A stretch of 64,000 bases of DNA, taken from assembly GCA_900755895.1 (NCBI GenBank), contig CAAEIG010000052.1, positions 26,268 through 90,267 on the forward strand, in the 5' to 3' direction. Source of the stretch: Clostridia bacterium (GTDB lineage Bacteria; Bacillota; Clostridia; Oscillospirales; Acutalibacteraceae). The notes under the pieces are model-generated. The model saw only the letters and a list, made by a program, of their open reading frames with translations, did no database searches and was not told the origin of the DNA. A program made the position numbers and the translations under genes. Each line of letters starts with the position of its first letter. Position 1 is the stretch's first letter. Below are positions 1-9,751 of the stretch, piece after piece.

Positions 1-401
1 TCGTGAAAGGATTCCAAATCCAAAGCGGCGCCATGGCGTCCACCGTGGCTCACGACGCTCACAATCTGCTGGTCATTGGCACAAACGACCAGGATATGGC
101 CTTGGCTGCTAACACTTTGATCCAGGCAGGGGGCGGCATGGTCGTGGTGCGGGATGGAAAGGTCCTTGGGCTGGTTCCCCTGCCCATTGCAGGACTGATG
201 AACGACAAGCCCGTCAACGAAATGAGCGACCTGGTGGAACACTTGGAAAACGCCTGGGAACAGATTGGATGCACGATGGTCTCCCCCTTTATGACCATGG
301 CACTGATTCCCCTGGCCTGTCTGCCGGAGCTGCGACTGACGGACCGCGGCCTTGTGGATTGCACCAAGTTCTGCTTTGTACCGCTGGAGATCGAAGAATA
401 G
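1..401 (+). CDS. ade: Adenine deaminase, C-terminal fragment (5' end lies outside the window)
   Basis: Translation ...HDAHNLLVIGTNDQDMALAANTLIQAGGGMVVVRDGKVLG... resembles the conserved C-terminal domain of adenine deaminases. The ORF runs in from the window edge. Confidence 0.55.
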   Translation, partial: VKGFQIQSGAMASTVAHDAHNLLVIGTNDQDMALAANTLIQAGGGMVVVRDGKVLGLVPLPIAGLMNDKPVNEMSDLVEHLENAWEQIGCTMVSPFMTMALIPLACLPELRLTDRGLVDCTKFCFVPLEIEE

Positions 402-413
402 GAGAAGAATACC

Positions 414-1505
414 ATGGCAATTCATTTTCACCATTCCCGCTGGGAGGCTATTCGGAAAAACTACGATGCCTGGTGGGATCATAAACTGGATCGTCCTTTG
501 ATCAGTGTACAATTGGAAACCCAAGATCCTGGGCGTCCCCAGCCCGCTGCACCGCTGCTGTCCCAGGAAACCGCCCTGGATCTCTCCTGGAGCCCAGAGG
601 ACTTGATTGACCGCATTGATTACGAGCTATCCAAACAGGAGTTCTTAGGCGACGCCTATCCCTACTTCAACATGGACTGTTTTGGTCCCGGCGTACTGGC
701 GGCATTTCTGGGAGCAACGCCTGATAACAGCACTGGACGGATCTGGTTTCATGTGGATGAACACAAGGAGCTTTCCCAACTGCACTTCCAATATCAGCCG
801 GAGAATGTGTGGTTTCAGCGCGTAAAGGATATTTACCGAGCAGCCAACCGAAAATGGAATGGTCAAGTCGTCATGGGGATGGTGGACCTTGGCGGTATCA
901 TGGATGTGTTGGCTGTCTTCCGAGGAACGGACAACCTTCTGATGGACCTCTATGACGAGCCGGAAGAAGTCAAGCGGTTGGTCAAGGAACTGCACGACTT
1001 GTGGATGCGCTACTATGGGGAACTGTGCGAAATTCTGGAGGAATGTGCACAGGGATACTCGGATTGGTCCAAGATTTTCTCTTCACAGAGAAGCTATATC
1101 ATCCAGTCAGATTTCTCCTTCATGATTAGCAACCCCATGTTCCAAGAATTCATTTTGGGAGAGCTGGAACAGTGTACGCAGGAATTGCCCCGCACCATCT
1201 ATCATTTGGATGGCCCAGGAGAACTGAAACACCTGGACGATCTATTGAACCTACCCCAGCTCAATGCGGTGCAATGGGTCCCGGGCGCTGCCTCCCCGGA
1301 TCAGTCTCATTGGCCGGAGGTGTACACTAAGATTCATCAGGCAGGAAAAGGAACTCAAATCTGGGACGGCTATGACTGCCTTAGAGCCGTAAAACAGCAG
1401 GTGGGAACGCTGGAAGGGGTACATTTCTTCTATATCGGTGGCCCCTGCAGTCCAGAGAAACGGGAGCAACACCTAGCTGCACTGAAAGAGTTTGGTGTGG
1501 AATAA
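414..1505 (+). CDS. Uroporphyrinogen-decarboxylase (URO-D)-like family protein (MtaA/CmuA-type fold), function unknown
   Basis: 363-aa ORF. The central segment MGMVDLGGIMDVLAVFRGTDNLLMDLYDEPEEVKRLV matches the recurrent URO-D-like signature (D.gG..dvl..frGte.l..dly..pe.v..l). It starts 12 nt after the ade stop, behind a GGAGAAG RBS. Confidence 0.4.
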   Translation: MAIHFHHSRWEAIRKNYDAWWDHKLDRPLISVQLETQDPGRPQPAAPLLSQETALDLSWSPEDLIDRIDYELSKQEFLGDAYPYFNMDCFGPGVLAAFLGATPDNSTGRIWFHVDEHKELSQLHFQYQPENVWFQRVKDIYRAANRKWNGQVVMGMVDLGGIMDVLAVFRGTDNLLMDLYDEPEEVKRLVKELHDLWMRYYGELCEILEECAQGYSDWSKIFSSQRSYIIQSDFSFMISNPMFQEFILGELEQCTQELPRTIYHLDGPGELKHLDDLLNLPQLNAVQWVPGAASPDQSHWPEVYTKIHQAGKGTQIWDGYDCLRAVKQQVGTLEGVHFFYIGGPCSPEKREQHLAALKEFGVE

Positions 1506-1556
1506 ATTTTTCCGATACGCATGCTCTTGTTCCAACAGCTTGGTACCAAATAAAAG

Positions 1557-1595
1557 AAAAAGCCGCCGGGCATGAGCCCTGCGGCTTTTTTGTTT
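1557..1595 (+). terminator. Rho-independent terminator
   Basis: GC hairpin aaagccgccgggcatgagccctgcggcttt followed by a T-run. Confidence 0.6.
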
Positions 1596-1687
1596 GAAGA
1601 ACGCCAAAGATCTTTTCCCTTGCACGTCACACTTTTGATCGGAAAAACTTTTGCATAAACCCACAATGGCTCACTGCGTCCCTTTGT

Positions 1688-2725
1688 TCAGTCAGCCGTA
1701 ACAACGATCTTTATGACGCCGTCCAACCGATTCTCAAAGACCCGATAGGCCTCCTCGATTTGCGACAGAGGAAAGCGGTGGGTAATCAGCGGTGTGGTAT
1801 CCAGTTTCCCTTGTTCGATCAAGGAGAGAATCTCTGCACAATCACAGCCGTCCACGCCGCCAGTCTTAAACGTGAGATTCTTCCCATACATCTGGGGCAA
1901 GGGCAGGGTTTGATTCTCGTCGTACAGGGCCACCACCGTCACCACGGCATTGGGGCGGGCACACTTCCAAGCTAGTTCAAAAGTATTCTTTCCACCGGCC
2001 ACTTCCAATACCACATCCGCTCCTCCATGGTCAGAGGCTTCCTGCACAAACTCCTCACAATTCTCTGGCTCGCATACCAGAACCTGGGGGTAATGCTCCT
2101 GGACAAAACGCCGCCTTGCTTTCTCCTTTTCGCAGACAACAATCCTTCGGGGATGCTTCAGCATCACACACAGCAGAGTGCAAATCCCCGTGGGTCCTGC
2201 ACCAATAATCAACACGGTGTCCTCGGGTTGGATCTCTGAGATGCGAGCTGCCCAGAATCCCGTGGCCAGAATATCCCCCACAAACAGGGCTTGATCATCC
2301 GTTACACTATCAGGAATTCGATTCAGTCCTTGGTCTGCGTATGGGACTCGGACGTATTCCGTCTGTCCGCCATCAATGCGGCACCCCAAGGCCCAACCGC
2401 CATTGGCGTCAGTACAATTGTTCACATAACCATGCTTACAGAAAAAACACTGGCCGCAAAAAGTCTCCACATTTACCGTCACACGGTCCCCAGGTTGGAC
2501 AGAATGCACGTCGCTGCCCACCTGCTCTACAACACCTACCATCTCATGGCCCACAGTGATACCCGGCACAGCCCGGGGTACGCTGCCATGTTTGATATGC
2601 AGATCGCTGGTACAGATGGAACTCATGGTAACCCGGACGATAGCGTCTCGAGAATCCTGCAAAGTGGGTTTTGGCTTGTCCAGCAGTGCAAAATTTCCCG
2701 GTTCCAGATAGGTCAATGCCTTCAT
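1688..2725 (-). CDS. Zn-dependent alcohol/polyol dehydrogenase (MDR family: threonine/sorbitol/idonate dehydrogenase-like)
   Basis: MKALTYLEPG..., catalytic-Zn motif CTSDLH, GHEMVGVV, and a structural-Zn cysteine cluster CGQCFFCKHGYVNNC. The internal ATG at 2725 is preceded by AAGGAGGAGG. Confidence 0.8.
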   Translation of the reverse strand: MKALTYLEPGNFALLDKPKPTLQDSRDAIVRVTMSSICTSDLHIKHGSVPRAVPGITVGHEMVGVVEQVGSDVHSVQPGDRVTVNVETFCGQCFFCKHGYVNNCTDANGGWALGCRIDGGQTEYVRVPYADQGLNRIPDSVTDDQALFVGDILATGFWAARISEIQPEDTVLIIGAGPTGICTLLCVMLKHPRRIVVCEKEKARRRFVQEHYPQVLVCEPENCEEFVQEASDHGGADVVLEVAGGKNTFELAWKCARPNAVVTVVALYDENQTLPLPQMYGKNLTFKTGGVDGCDCAEILSLIEQGKLDTTPLITHRFPLSQIEEAYRVFENRLDGVIKIVVTAD

Positions 2726-2914
2726 GGATTTCCTCCTCCTTTTCCTCACGATGTTTTATGGAATACATCTGACAAAGGCAGTTCCCACACTTTCACCTGG
2801 AACTGCCCACAAAGAAATCTATCTGAAACTATTATACATAGCCACTCAGCAGTCCGCAATGGCTCTGAGAACTTTGACTATATGAAAATCCTGCTATTTT
2901 ACCGAAGAACAATG

Positions 2915-4213
2915 TCACGCCTGAGGCAGAGGAAACGTGCTGCCGCCGTGGGGCATGAGAGTGGTCTCCACTCCGTCAAGGGTACCGCCATTGCAATTGG
3001 CCGCCAGGGCTAACGCCTCATCCAGCGTCTTAGCTACCTGGATCTTTGTATGCTCAAAACACTCACCAGGAATGTCCGTGACCAAGATCAGATTGTAATT
3101 CTCCGATGCTTCGGCAAAGAGGAACCCCACAAATCCGCCAATGGAAAAATTTGCTCGGAGAGCTTTCTCCCGCTCCTCCATGGTGTCATAGGCGCAAATC
3201 TGAGCCTCGCAGTCCGGATCACCAAAGCCCTCCCGGCACTGGGACAGCAGGATCATCGTACCACCAGGGGCAACAGCCGCCAGCGCGTTTGAGAGCGTCT
3301 TGGACGTCTGATAGAGGTTGATGTCCTTTGGATAGCCGCCCGCACTGGCAATAACCAAGGGAGTGCGATGAGGAATGGGCACCCCATCCAGCTGCTCCAC
3401 CGCCTTGGTTGCAGCCTCGTGGGCCTTTTGCCAATCTCCTGCAAAAGCACCCACAATTTGGTAGTTGTCATCCACAAATACGTTGAGAAGATAGGCCGGC
3501 TTGGCAAAGGAAGCACACTCCACGAGATCGCTGTGAAAGGGGTTATCCTCCCCCATATTTCCATTGCAGACCCGGGGATTGGAACCACTGCCCAGGCCGT
3601 GATTGAGAGCATTATTGTGATTGGTGTTGATGGTCTCCCGGCCTGCAATACCGGGGACCACGGACTTCCGACCGCCGCCGAAACCCGCCAGGAAGTGGTA
3701 CACCACGCCACCGGTGAGAATCAGCTTGTCACAAGCCATGGCATAGCTGTTCAGCCACACCGGAGTTCCCCGGCTGCTGGTTCCCATATAGGTGAGATGC
3801 TCCTTGTCATCGCACTGGTGGTCCATAAACCGGACGCGGCGGTAGAGTTCCTCCCCAACCAGGGAGATGTGTTCCTCTTCCGTCTGCCGGCGGTGCGTAC
3901 CGGTTGCACAGAGAATGAGAATATCTTCGTCAGGGATTCCGGCCCGGTTGAGCCGTTCCACTAGAATAGGCAGGTACGTGCTAGGCTGTTGCCAACGGCG
4001 GGTGACATCAGAGATGATGATGCATACCTTGTCCCCAGCGTGGACGGCCTCCTCAATGGGACCAGCACCAATGGGATGGTCCAAAGCGTATTCGATGTGC
4101 TCCCGCACAGTCCGTTTGGGAAAATCCATTGTATTGGCATGGACCTCTGACACCACCTGCCGAGGATCCAACGACACAGAAAATTCTGTATCACTGTATT
4201 TCATCTTTTCCAT
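2915..4213 (-). CDS. LarA-family (nickel-pincer nucleotide-dependent) 2-hydroxyacid racemase/epimerase homolog
   Basis: Aligns by eye with L. plantarum LarA: IISDVTRRW vs ISSDHTRP, ATGTHR vs ATGFHR (His108), YHFLAGFGGGRKSVVPGIAG vs SHFFAGFSGGRKSVLPGIAS (His200), and IASAGGYPKDINLYQ vs ISTNGGYPLDQNIYQ. Start chosen at MEKMKY (4213), which has a GAAGG RBS. Confidence 0.75.
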   Translation of the reverse strand: MEKMKYSDTEFSVSLDPRQVVSEVHANTMDFPKRTVREHIEYALDHPIGAGPIEEAVHAGDKVCIIISDVTRRWQQPSTYLPILVERLNRAGIPDEDILILCATGTHRRQTEEEHISLVGEELYRRVRFMDHQCDDKEHLTYMGTSSRGTPVWLNSYAMACDKLILTGGVVYHFLAGFGGGRKSVVPGIAGRETINTNHNNALNHGLGSGSNPRVCNGNMGEDNPFHSDLVECASFAKPAYLLNVFVDDNYQIVGAFAGDWQKAHEAATKAVEQLDGVPIPHRTPLVIASAGGYPKDINLYQTSKTLSNALAAVAPGGTMILLSQCREGFGDPDCEAQICAYDTMEEREKALRANFSIGGFVGFLFAEASENYNLILVTDIPGECFEHTKIQVAKTLDEALALAANCNGGTLDGVETTLMPHGGSTFPLPQA

Positions 4214-4596
4214 AATAAATCGCCTTCTATGATTAGGATCTGCACGCAAACGCGCTAATATAGCGGATATAGTAGCACTTTACAGTGAGAAAGTCAAGAA
4301 ACTCATCACTCTATGAACAACTACTACCTTATGACGGAAAGAGAACCTGCCCCCAAAAAAAGCTTTAGGAAATCAATTCTAACTAGGTACCTGCGTCTGG
4401 TGGGGAAAGATTTTGTCAAAATGAAATCCGGATTCCACGAAAAAAACAATTGCACAGTCTAGCATCGCCAAAAATCATACAAACATCCCAATTTTTAGAT
4501 TTTATCTCCTTGGCACCTTGGAGGTTCTATGATACACTTAAAAAAACGCATTGAACTACCCATGTTTTTCCACATTACTGGCTAAGGAGGAATACT

Positions 4597-6822
4597 ATGT
4601 CGGAGACCAAGTTTACATTCTATCAAAATCCCAACGGGCCTAAGATCGGCACATCGTCGGCACCGATCATCGAACAGGACGGGCTGTATTTCAAAGACCT
4701 AGCAAGAACCGGAAACCTGCTTCCCTATGAGGACTGGCGCTTGGATGCCGACACCCGGGCCAAAGATCTGGCTTCACGCCTTAGCGTGGAAGAGATCGCC
4801 GGACTGATGATGTATTCCCCTCACCAGATGGTACCCGCCCTACCCGGCAGCCCCTTTCCTGCCACCTACGGCGGCAAGCCCTTCCCGGAAAGCGGGAAAG
4901 ACCCCTGGGATCTGTCCGATCAGCAAATTCTTCTTTTGGAGAGGGATCGCATCCGCCACATTCTTGCCATGAAACTGCAAGATGCAGAAACAGCCGCCAA
5001 ATGGAGCAATCAGTTACAGCAGGCAGCAGAAGAGCTTCCCTGGGGCATTCCTGTAAACATCTCCAGCGACCCTCGCCATGGAGCTTCCAAGGCCGGAGCG
5101 GAATATAAAAGCGGCGGCTGTGATGTTTCCAAGTGGCCCGAAGGCTTGGGCATTGCCGCTACATTCTCCCCCCAGGTGTGCCGGGAGCTGGGAAATGCCA
5201 TCTCCAAAGAATACCGTGCCATGGGAATCACCACGGCACTTTCCCCACAAGTGGATTTAGCCACAGAGCCCCGTTGGATGCGCTTTGAGGACACTTTCGG
5301 CACCAATCCCGACCAGGTGACTGAGCTGGGAAAAATCTACTGCGACAGCTTGCAAACCACCCAGGGCAGTCCCGACGGCTGGGGCCAGGACAGCGTGTGT
5401 GCCATGGCCAAACACTGGCCCGGCGGCGGCCCTTGTGAAGGCGGACGTGATGCCCACTATGCCTTTGGCAAATACGCTGTGTACCCGGGAGACAACTTCC
5501 AGGACCACCTGCACCCCTTCGTGGAAGGTGCTTTCCAACTGGATGGTCCAACCAAGTCCGTGTCTGCCATCATGCCTTACTACACCGTCTCTTGGAACCG
5601 GGACAAGAAAAACGGCAAAAATGTGGGGAACTCCTACAGCGAGTACCTCATCAAAGACTTGTTGCGCCACACCTACCAGTATGATGGGATCGTCTGCACC
5701 GACTGGGGCATCACCGGCGACCCCGCCCCTGTGATTGACTCCTTTGGCAGCCGTTGCTTCGGGGTGGAAGACCTCACCGAAGCCCAGCGTCATCTGCTGG
5801 CTATTGAGAACGGCGTGGATCAGTTCGGCGGCAACAGCAATATCGTCCCCATTCTGGAAGCCTACCGCTTGGGCTGCGAAAAGTACGGGGAAGAAGCTAT
5901 GAGGGCCAGGATGGAAGAATCAGCTGCACGCCTGCTGAAGAACATCTTCCGGTGCGGTCTTTTTGAAAATCCCTACCTGGATCCGGAAGAGAGTAAGCGA
6001 ATCGTAGGCTGCGAGGAGTTGTCCAAGGCAGGCTACCAGGCTCAGCTTCAGTCCGTGGTGCTGGTGAAAAATCAGCAGGCCTTGCCCATCTCTGAGAGAA
6101 AAAAGGTGTACATCCCCAAGAGAAAAATCAAGGCCAGGAAAAACTTCTTCCGTGGCATGGATCCCGAACGGGAGATTATCCCAGCAGACAAAAGCCTGGT
6201 GGAAAAATATTACCAGTGGGCGGACACTCCTGAGGAAGCGGACTTCGCCCTCGTGTTCATCGAAAGCCCTCTGTCCGATGGATACTCCCAAGAGGACGCG
6301 GACCAGGGCGGCAATGGCTATGTGCCCGTATCCCTGCAGTACCGTCCCTACGTGGCGGACCACGCCCGGGAAGTGAGCGTTGCCGGAGGGGACTTCCGGG
6401 AGAACTTCACCAATCGGAGCTACCGGGGCAAAATGGGTACCGCTGCCAACGAATCCGACCTGGATCTTGTGCTGGATACCAAGGCCGCCATGGGAGACAA
6501 GCCTGTAATAGTCTGTCTGCGGATGCACAATCCCACCGTGCTCTCCGAGCTGGAACCTTCCGCCGACGGTATTCTCATTGATTTCGGGGTGCAGACTCAA
6601 GCTATCTTTGACCTGGTATCCGGCAATGCGGAACCTTCTGGACTGCTACCCGTGGAGCTTCCCGCCAATATGGAGACTGTTGAGCGCCACTGTGAGGACC
6701 GTCCCTTTGATATGGAGGTGTACGTGGACCAGACCGGGAACTCCTACGGTTACGCCTTTGGCATGAACTGGAAAGGCGTCATCCAGGACGAGCGGGTCAC
6801 TCGCTACCTCAAACGGTCGTGA
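4597..6822 (+). CDS. Glycoside hydrolase family 3 (beta-glucosidase / beta-xylosidase-like), cytoplasmic
   Basis: 741 aa. GH3 N-domain signatures (KHWPGGGP, GIVCTDWGITGD). No signal peptide. Strong RBS TAAGGAGGAATACT-ATG. Confidence 0.8.
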   Translation: MSETKFTFYQNPNGPKIGTSSAPIIEQDGLYFKDLARTGNLLPYEDWRLDADTRAKDLASRLSVEEIAGLMMYSPHQMVPALPGSPFPATYGGKPFPESGKDPWDLSDQQILLLERDRIRHILAMKLQDAETAAKWSNQLQQAAEELPWGIPVNISSDPRHGASKAGAEYKSGGCDVSKWPEGLGIAATFSPQVCRELGNAISKEYRAMGITTALSPQVDLATEPRWMRFEDTFGTNPDQVTELGKIYCDSLQTTQGSPDGWGQDSVCAMAKHWPGGGPCEGGRDAHYAFGKYAVYPGDNFQDHLHPFVEGAFQLDGPTKSVSAIMPYYTVSWNRDKKNGKNVGNSYSEYLIKDLLRHTYQYDGIVCTDWGITGDPAPVIDSFGSRCFGVEDLTEAQRHLLAIENGVDQFGGNSNIVPILEAYRLGCEKYGEEAMRARMEESAARLLKNIFRCGLFENPYLDPEESKRIVGCEELSKAGYQAQLQSVVLVKNQQALPISERKKVYIPKRKIKARKNFFRGMDPEREIIPADKSLVEKYYQWADTPEEADFALVFIESPLSDGYSQEDADQGGNGYVPVSLQYRPYVADHAREVSVAGGDFRENFTNRSYRGKMGTAANESDLDLVLDTKAAMGDKPVIVCLRMHNPTVLSELEPSADGILIDFGVQTQAIFDLVSGNAEPSGLLPVELPANMETVERHCEDRPFDMEVYVDQTGNSYGYAFGMNWKGVIQDERVTRYLKRS

Positions 6823-6919
6823 GAAACTCCTTTTTCTAGAGGACACCAAAGTCCAACCTGATATAAGTTTGGATCTATAATCACCGCCGCAGCCGCGGCA
6901 GGACCACGGAGGGAACTTT

Positions 6920-9694
6920 ATGATTTTCCAGCCCAATTCCCATGACCTGACCCTTTCTCCCTGGGGACCTTATTCCCAGAAATACGCCGGAATCTCCCAT
7001 GTGGCGGACCCTGATCAGGGAGTCCGCTTTGACCTAAGTGTCTTTCCTGGACTGTACCGCCGCAAAGTGGAAGTGCCCAATGTAATGGTGGAAGGCAACT
7101 ACCACATTTGGGAGGCCTGCCCGGACTTGAGCTATTTTTCCACACGCCACGAGATCGAGGAAAAAGATCGGGTTTACTGCGACATCTCTTACGGAAAACT
7201 GGAAGAGGACGCCTACCTCATCCGAGCCAATTGTGTCAACCACAGCGATGATGTTCAAAACCTGGTGCTCCACTACATGGCGTCCATCCAGTTTCCCACC
7301 GTAAAAAACGATTGGGTTTCTCAGGAAGTGCCTCCGGTACAGTGGACCTTTCCAGAAAATTGCCTATACTGCCGGGCTGTGGATTACCTCCGTTTCTCCC
7401 GAGAAACCACCCTCCCCACCGATTCTTTAGTGCCCGACGGAAAACGCCCCAACGAAGTGCGGGGCCGTGGCTTTTCCGGCGGGTCGGCCGTGCTGCTCCA
7501 AGCGGGCAATGGCGAGAAAATGGACTTCCTTCTGGATGTTCCCCACAGCTTTTCCCAACCTGTTCTGGCGGTGCGGTATCAAAGCTCCTCGCCCTGTGTT
7601 TTAGCCGCCGAAGGGGATGGATTTCTGGCAGAGGGAATCCTTCCCTCTATAGAACAGACAGGCATTGCCTTCCTACCGGTGTCACAGTATCGAAGCGGAG
7701 AAAAATTGTCCTTTTCTTTGTGGGCAAAGGAAGGCACTCTGGTGGTGGATAGCCTGATCCTCTGTGAAAAGCAGGACGCACCTTCTCTCAACTGCCACTT
7801 GCCCCAGGAGCCTCACGTTCCCCAAGTGTGGGAGCTGGGCTCGGACAGTCCCTTGGACCAGAACACCACCATGTTGCCCCTGTTCAAGGACGCGGCAAAA
7901 GACCCGGATACCACCCACAATACTCTCATCTTGAAATACCCAACTGCTCAGGGATACTATGGGGTGTACTGGGACTTCCCGGACTACTGCCTGCGATATT
8001 GGCTCACTGACGAGCTGGATTACTCCCTGCGCTACTTAGCCCACGACCACGTCCGAAAAGTGCTGTCGGGCAACGGCCTGGGACATTTCTCCAACGTATT
8101 CCTCCGTCCCATCCCTGTAAAGCCCCAGGAAAGTCTGTCGGTGTACGGTGTGGTGTGCCGGGGTAGCTCCCGGGAAGAGGTGGAGCAAAAGCTATCCCAA
8201 CTGATCGTCAAACGAGCTAACTTTCCCCAGATGTGGGAAGACCAACGGGCTGCCGCTCTGGAAGCTGGGGGCAACCCCCAAGGAGAGCCCTACCGTTTTT
8301 CCCAAAACAGGATGATTGCCACTACTCTGACCAACGTGGTATACCCCATCTATACGAAGCGAAGCTACATTCGCCACAACACCCCGGGCAGGTGGTGGGA
8401 CTGCCTGTACACTTGGGATTCTGGTTTTGTTGGATTGGGGCTGGCCACCTGTGACATCCAGAGAGCAGTGGACTGCTTCAATGCCTATGTCACAGAGCCT
8501 GGTGACCAAGAAACCGCCTTTATTCATCATGGCTCCCCAGTACCGGTACAATTCTATTTATTCCAGGAACTATATGACCGCACCCAGTCCCGAGAGCTTC
8601 TGGCCTATTTCTATCCACGGTTGCTGCAATATTACCGGTTCATGGTGGGAAAGCTGGGCAGCTCCACCACGGACCTTTGGGAGTCCGGGCTGTTGCGGAC
8701 CTGGGATTATTTCTACAACTCCGGCGGCTGGGACGATTACCCGCCCCAGGTGGCGGTTCACGCCCAGAAGCTGGAAAGCTCCACCGCCGGCACGGTGACC
8801 ACCTCCCACATGATCCGCTGCGCCAAGATCCTCCAGTTTGTTGCCCAGACTTTAGGGGGACTGGAAGAGGACACCCATGAATTCCAGCGGGACATCCAGA
8901 AGCTGACACAAGCACTCCAGGATAACTGCTGGGATGAGGAATCCGGCTACTTTGGATATCTCACTCACAATACAGAGGGCAAGCCTCAAGGAATCTTCCG
9001 CCATAAGAGCGGTCAAAACTTCAACATGGGTCTGGACGGTGCCTCTCCCCTGCTGGCGGGTATTGTGACCTCTACACAGTTGGAGCGCCTGATCGGTCAC
9101 CTGTCCTCTGAGAAGGAGCTTTGGACTTCCATCGGGCTTTCCACCGTGGATCAGTCCGCCGCCTACTACAAAAAGGACGGTTACTGGAACGGCGCTGTGT
9201 GGATGCCCCATCAGTGGTTCTTCTACAAGGCACTATTGGACTACGGCAGAGGGGACTTGGCATTTCGCATTGCCAAAACCGCTCTGGACCTGTGGAAAAA
9301 CGAAACAGACCAGTCCTACAATTGCTTTGAGCATTTCATCATCGTATCCGGTCGGGGCGCGGGATGGCATCACTTTTCCGGTCTTTCCACCCCCGTGCTG
9401 TTGTGGTATCAATCCTACTTCCTGCCAGGAACCATCACCACAGGGTTCTCCGGGTGGGTGGTCTCCCAGACCTGGAACAACCATCACCAAGGCCTGGAAT
9501 GCGATCTTATCTTCACCGATGGAAAAGACCCCAAAACCGTGGTTCTAGTCATGGCGGAGGGACATTCCTATCGGGTGACCGCCAACGGCACACCATTGCT
9601 TGCTCTGGTCCGGGAGGGTGGAGCGCTGGAAGTGACCTTACAAGAACTTCCTATCTCTGGAGAGGTCCATCTGACCGTCACGCTGGAAGAGTAA
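6920..9694 (+). CDS. Large glycoside hydrolase, (alpha/alpha)6 six-hairpin type (GH63 / glycogen-debranching-like); family uncertain
   Basis: 924 aa with an N-terminal beta-sandwich region. Catalytic-domain-like segments (FYPRLLQYYRFMVG, WESGLLRTWDYFYNSGGWDDYPPQ, GYFGYLTHN, WMPHQWFFYKALLDYG) are typical of six-hairpin glycosidases. No signal peptide. Confidence 0.5.
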   Translation: MIFQPNSHDLTLSPWGPYSQKYAGISHVADPDQGVRFDLSVFPGLYRRKVEVPNVMVEGNYHIWEACPDLSYFSTRHEIEEKDRVYCDISYGKLEEDAYLIRANCVNHSDDVQNLVLHYMASIQFPTVKNDWVSQEVPPVQWTFPENCLYCRAVDYLRFSRETTLPTDSLVPDGKRPNEVRGRGFSGGSAVLLQAGNGEKMDFLLDVPHSFSQPVLAVRYQSSSPCVLAAEGDGFLAEGILPSIEQTGIAFLPVSQYRSGEKLSFSLWAKEGTLVVDSLILCEKQDAPSLNCHLPQEPHVPQVWELGSDSPLDQNTTMLPLFKDAAKDPDTTHNTLILKYPTAQGYYGVYWDFPDYCLRYWLTDELDYSLRYLAHDHVRKVLSGNGLGHFSNVFLRPIPVKPQESLSVYGVVCRGSSREEVEQKLSQLIVKRANFPQMWEDQRAAALEAGGNPQGEPYRFSQNRMIATTLTNVVYPIYTKRSYIRHNTPGRWWDCLYTWDSGFVGLGLATCDIQRAVDCFNAYVTEPGDQETAFIHHGSPVPVQFYLFQELYDRTQSRELLAYFYPRLLQYYRFMVGKLGSSTTDLWESGLLRTWDYFYNSGGWDDYPPQVAVHAQKLESSTAGTVTTSHMIRCAKILQFVAQTLGGLEEDTHEFQRDIQKLTQALQDNCWDEESGYFGYLTHNTEGKPQGIFRHKSGQNFNMGLDGASPLLAGIVTSTQLERLIGHLSSEKELWTSIGLSTVDQSAAYYKKDGYWNGAVWMPHQWFFYKALLDYGRGDLAFRIAKTALDLWKNETDQSYNCFEHFIIVSGRGAGWHHFSGLSTPVLLWYQSYFLPGTITTGFSGWVVSQTWNNHHQGLECDLIFTDGKDPKTVVLVMAEGHSYRVTANGTPLLALVREGGALEVTLQELPISGEVHLTVTLEE

Positions 9695-9708
9695 AAGAAA
9701 TAGCGAGC

Positions 9709-9745
9709 AAAAACAGCTTCCCAAAACGGGAAGCTGTTTTGTTTT
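9709..9745. terminator. Bidirectional terminator between convergent genes
   Basis: Hairpin aaacagcttcccaaaacgggaagctgtttt with T/A runs on both sides. Confidence 0.6.
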
Positions 9746-9751
9746 CAGCGG

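Noticed and set aside
2291-3013. 240-aa ORF on + strand
   Set aside because: Lies antisense across the ADH/LarA genes. High-GC genomes generate long spurious antisense ORFs. No recognisable motifs.
4250-4596. Small 5-3-5 palindrome cgcta-ata-tagcg in the divergent larA-like/GH3 promoter region
   Set aside because: Too short to distinguish from chance, and no regulator gene nearby to pair it with.
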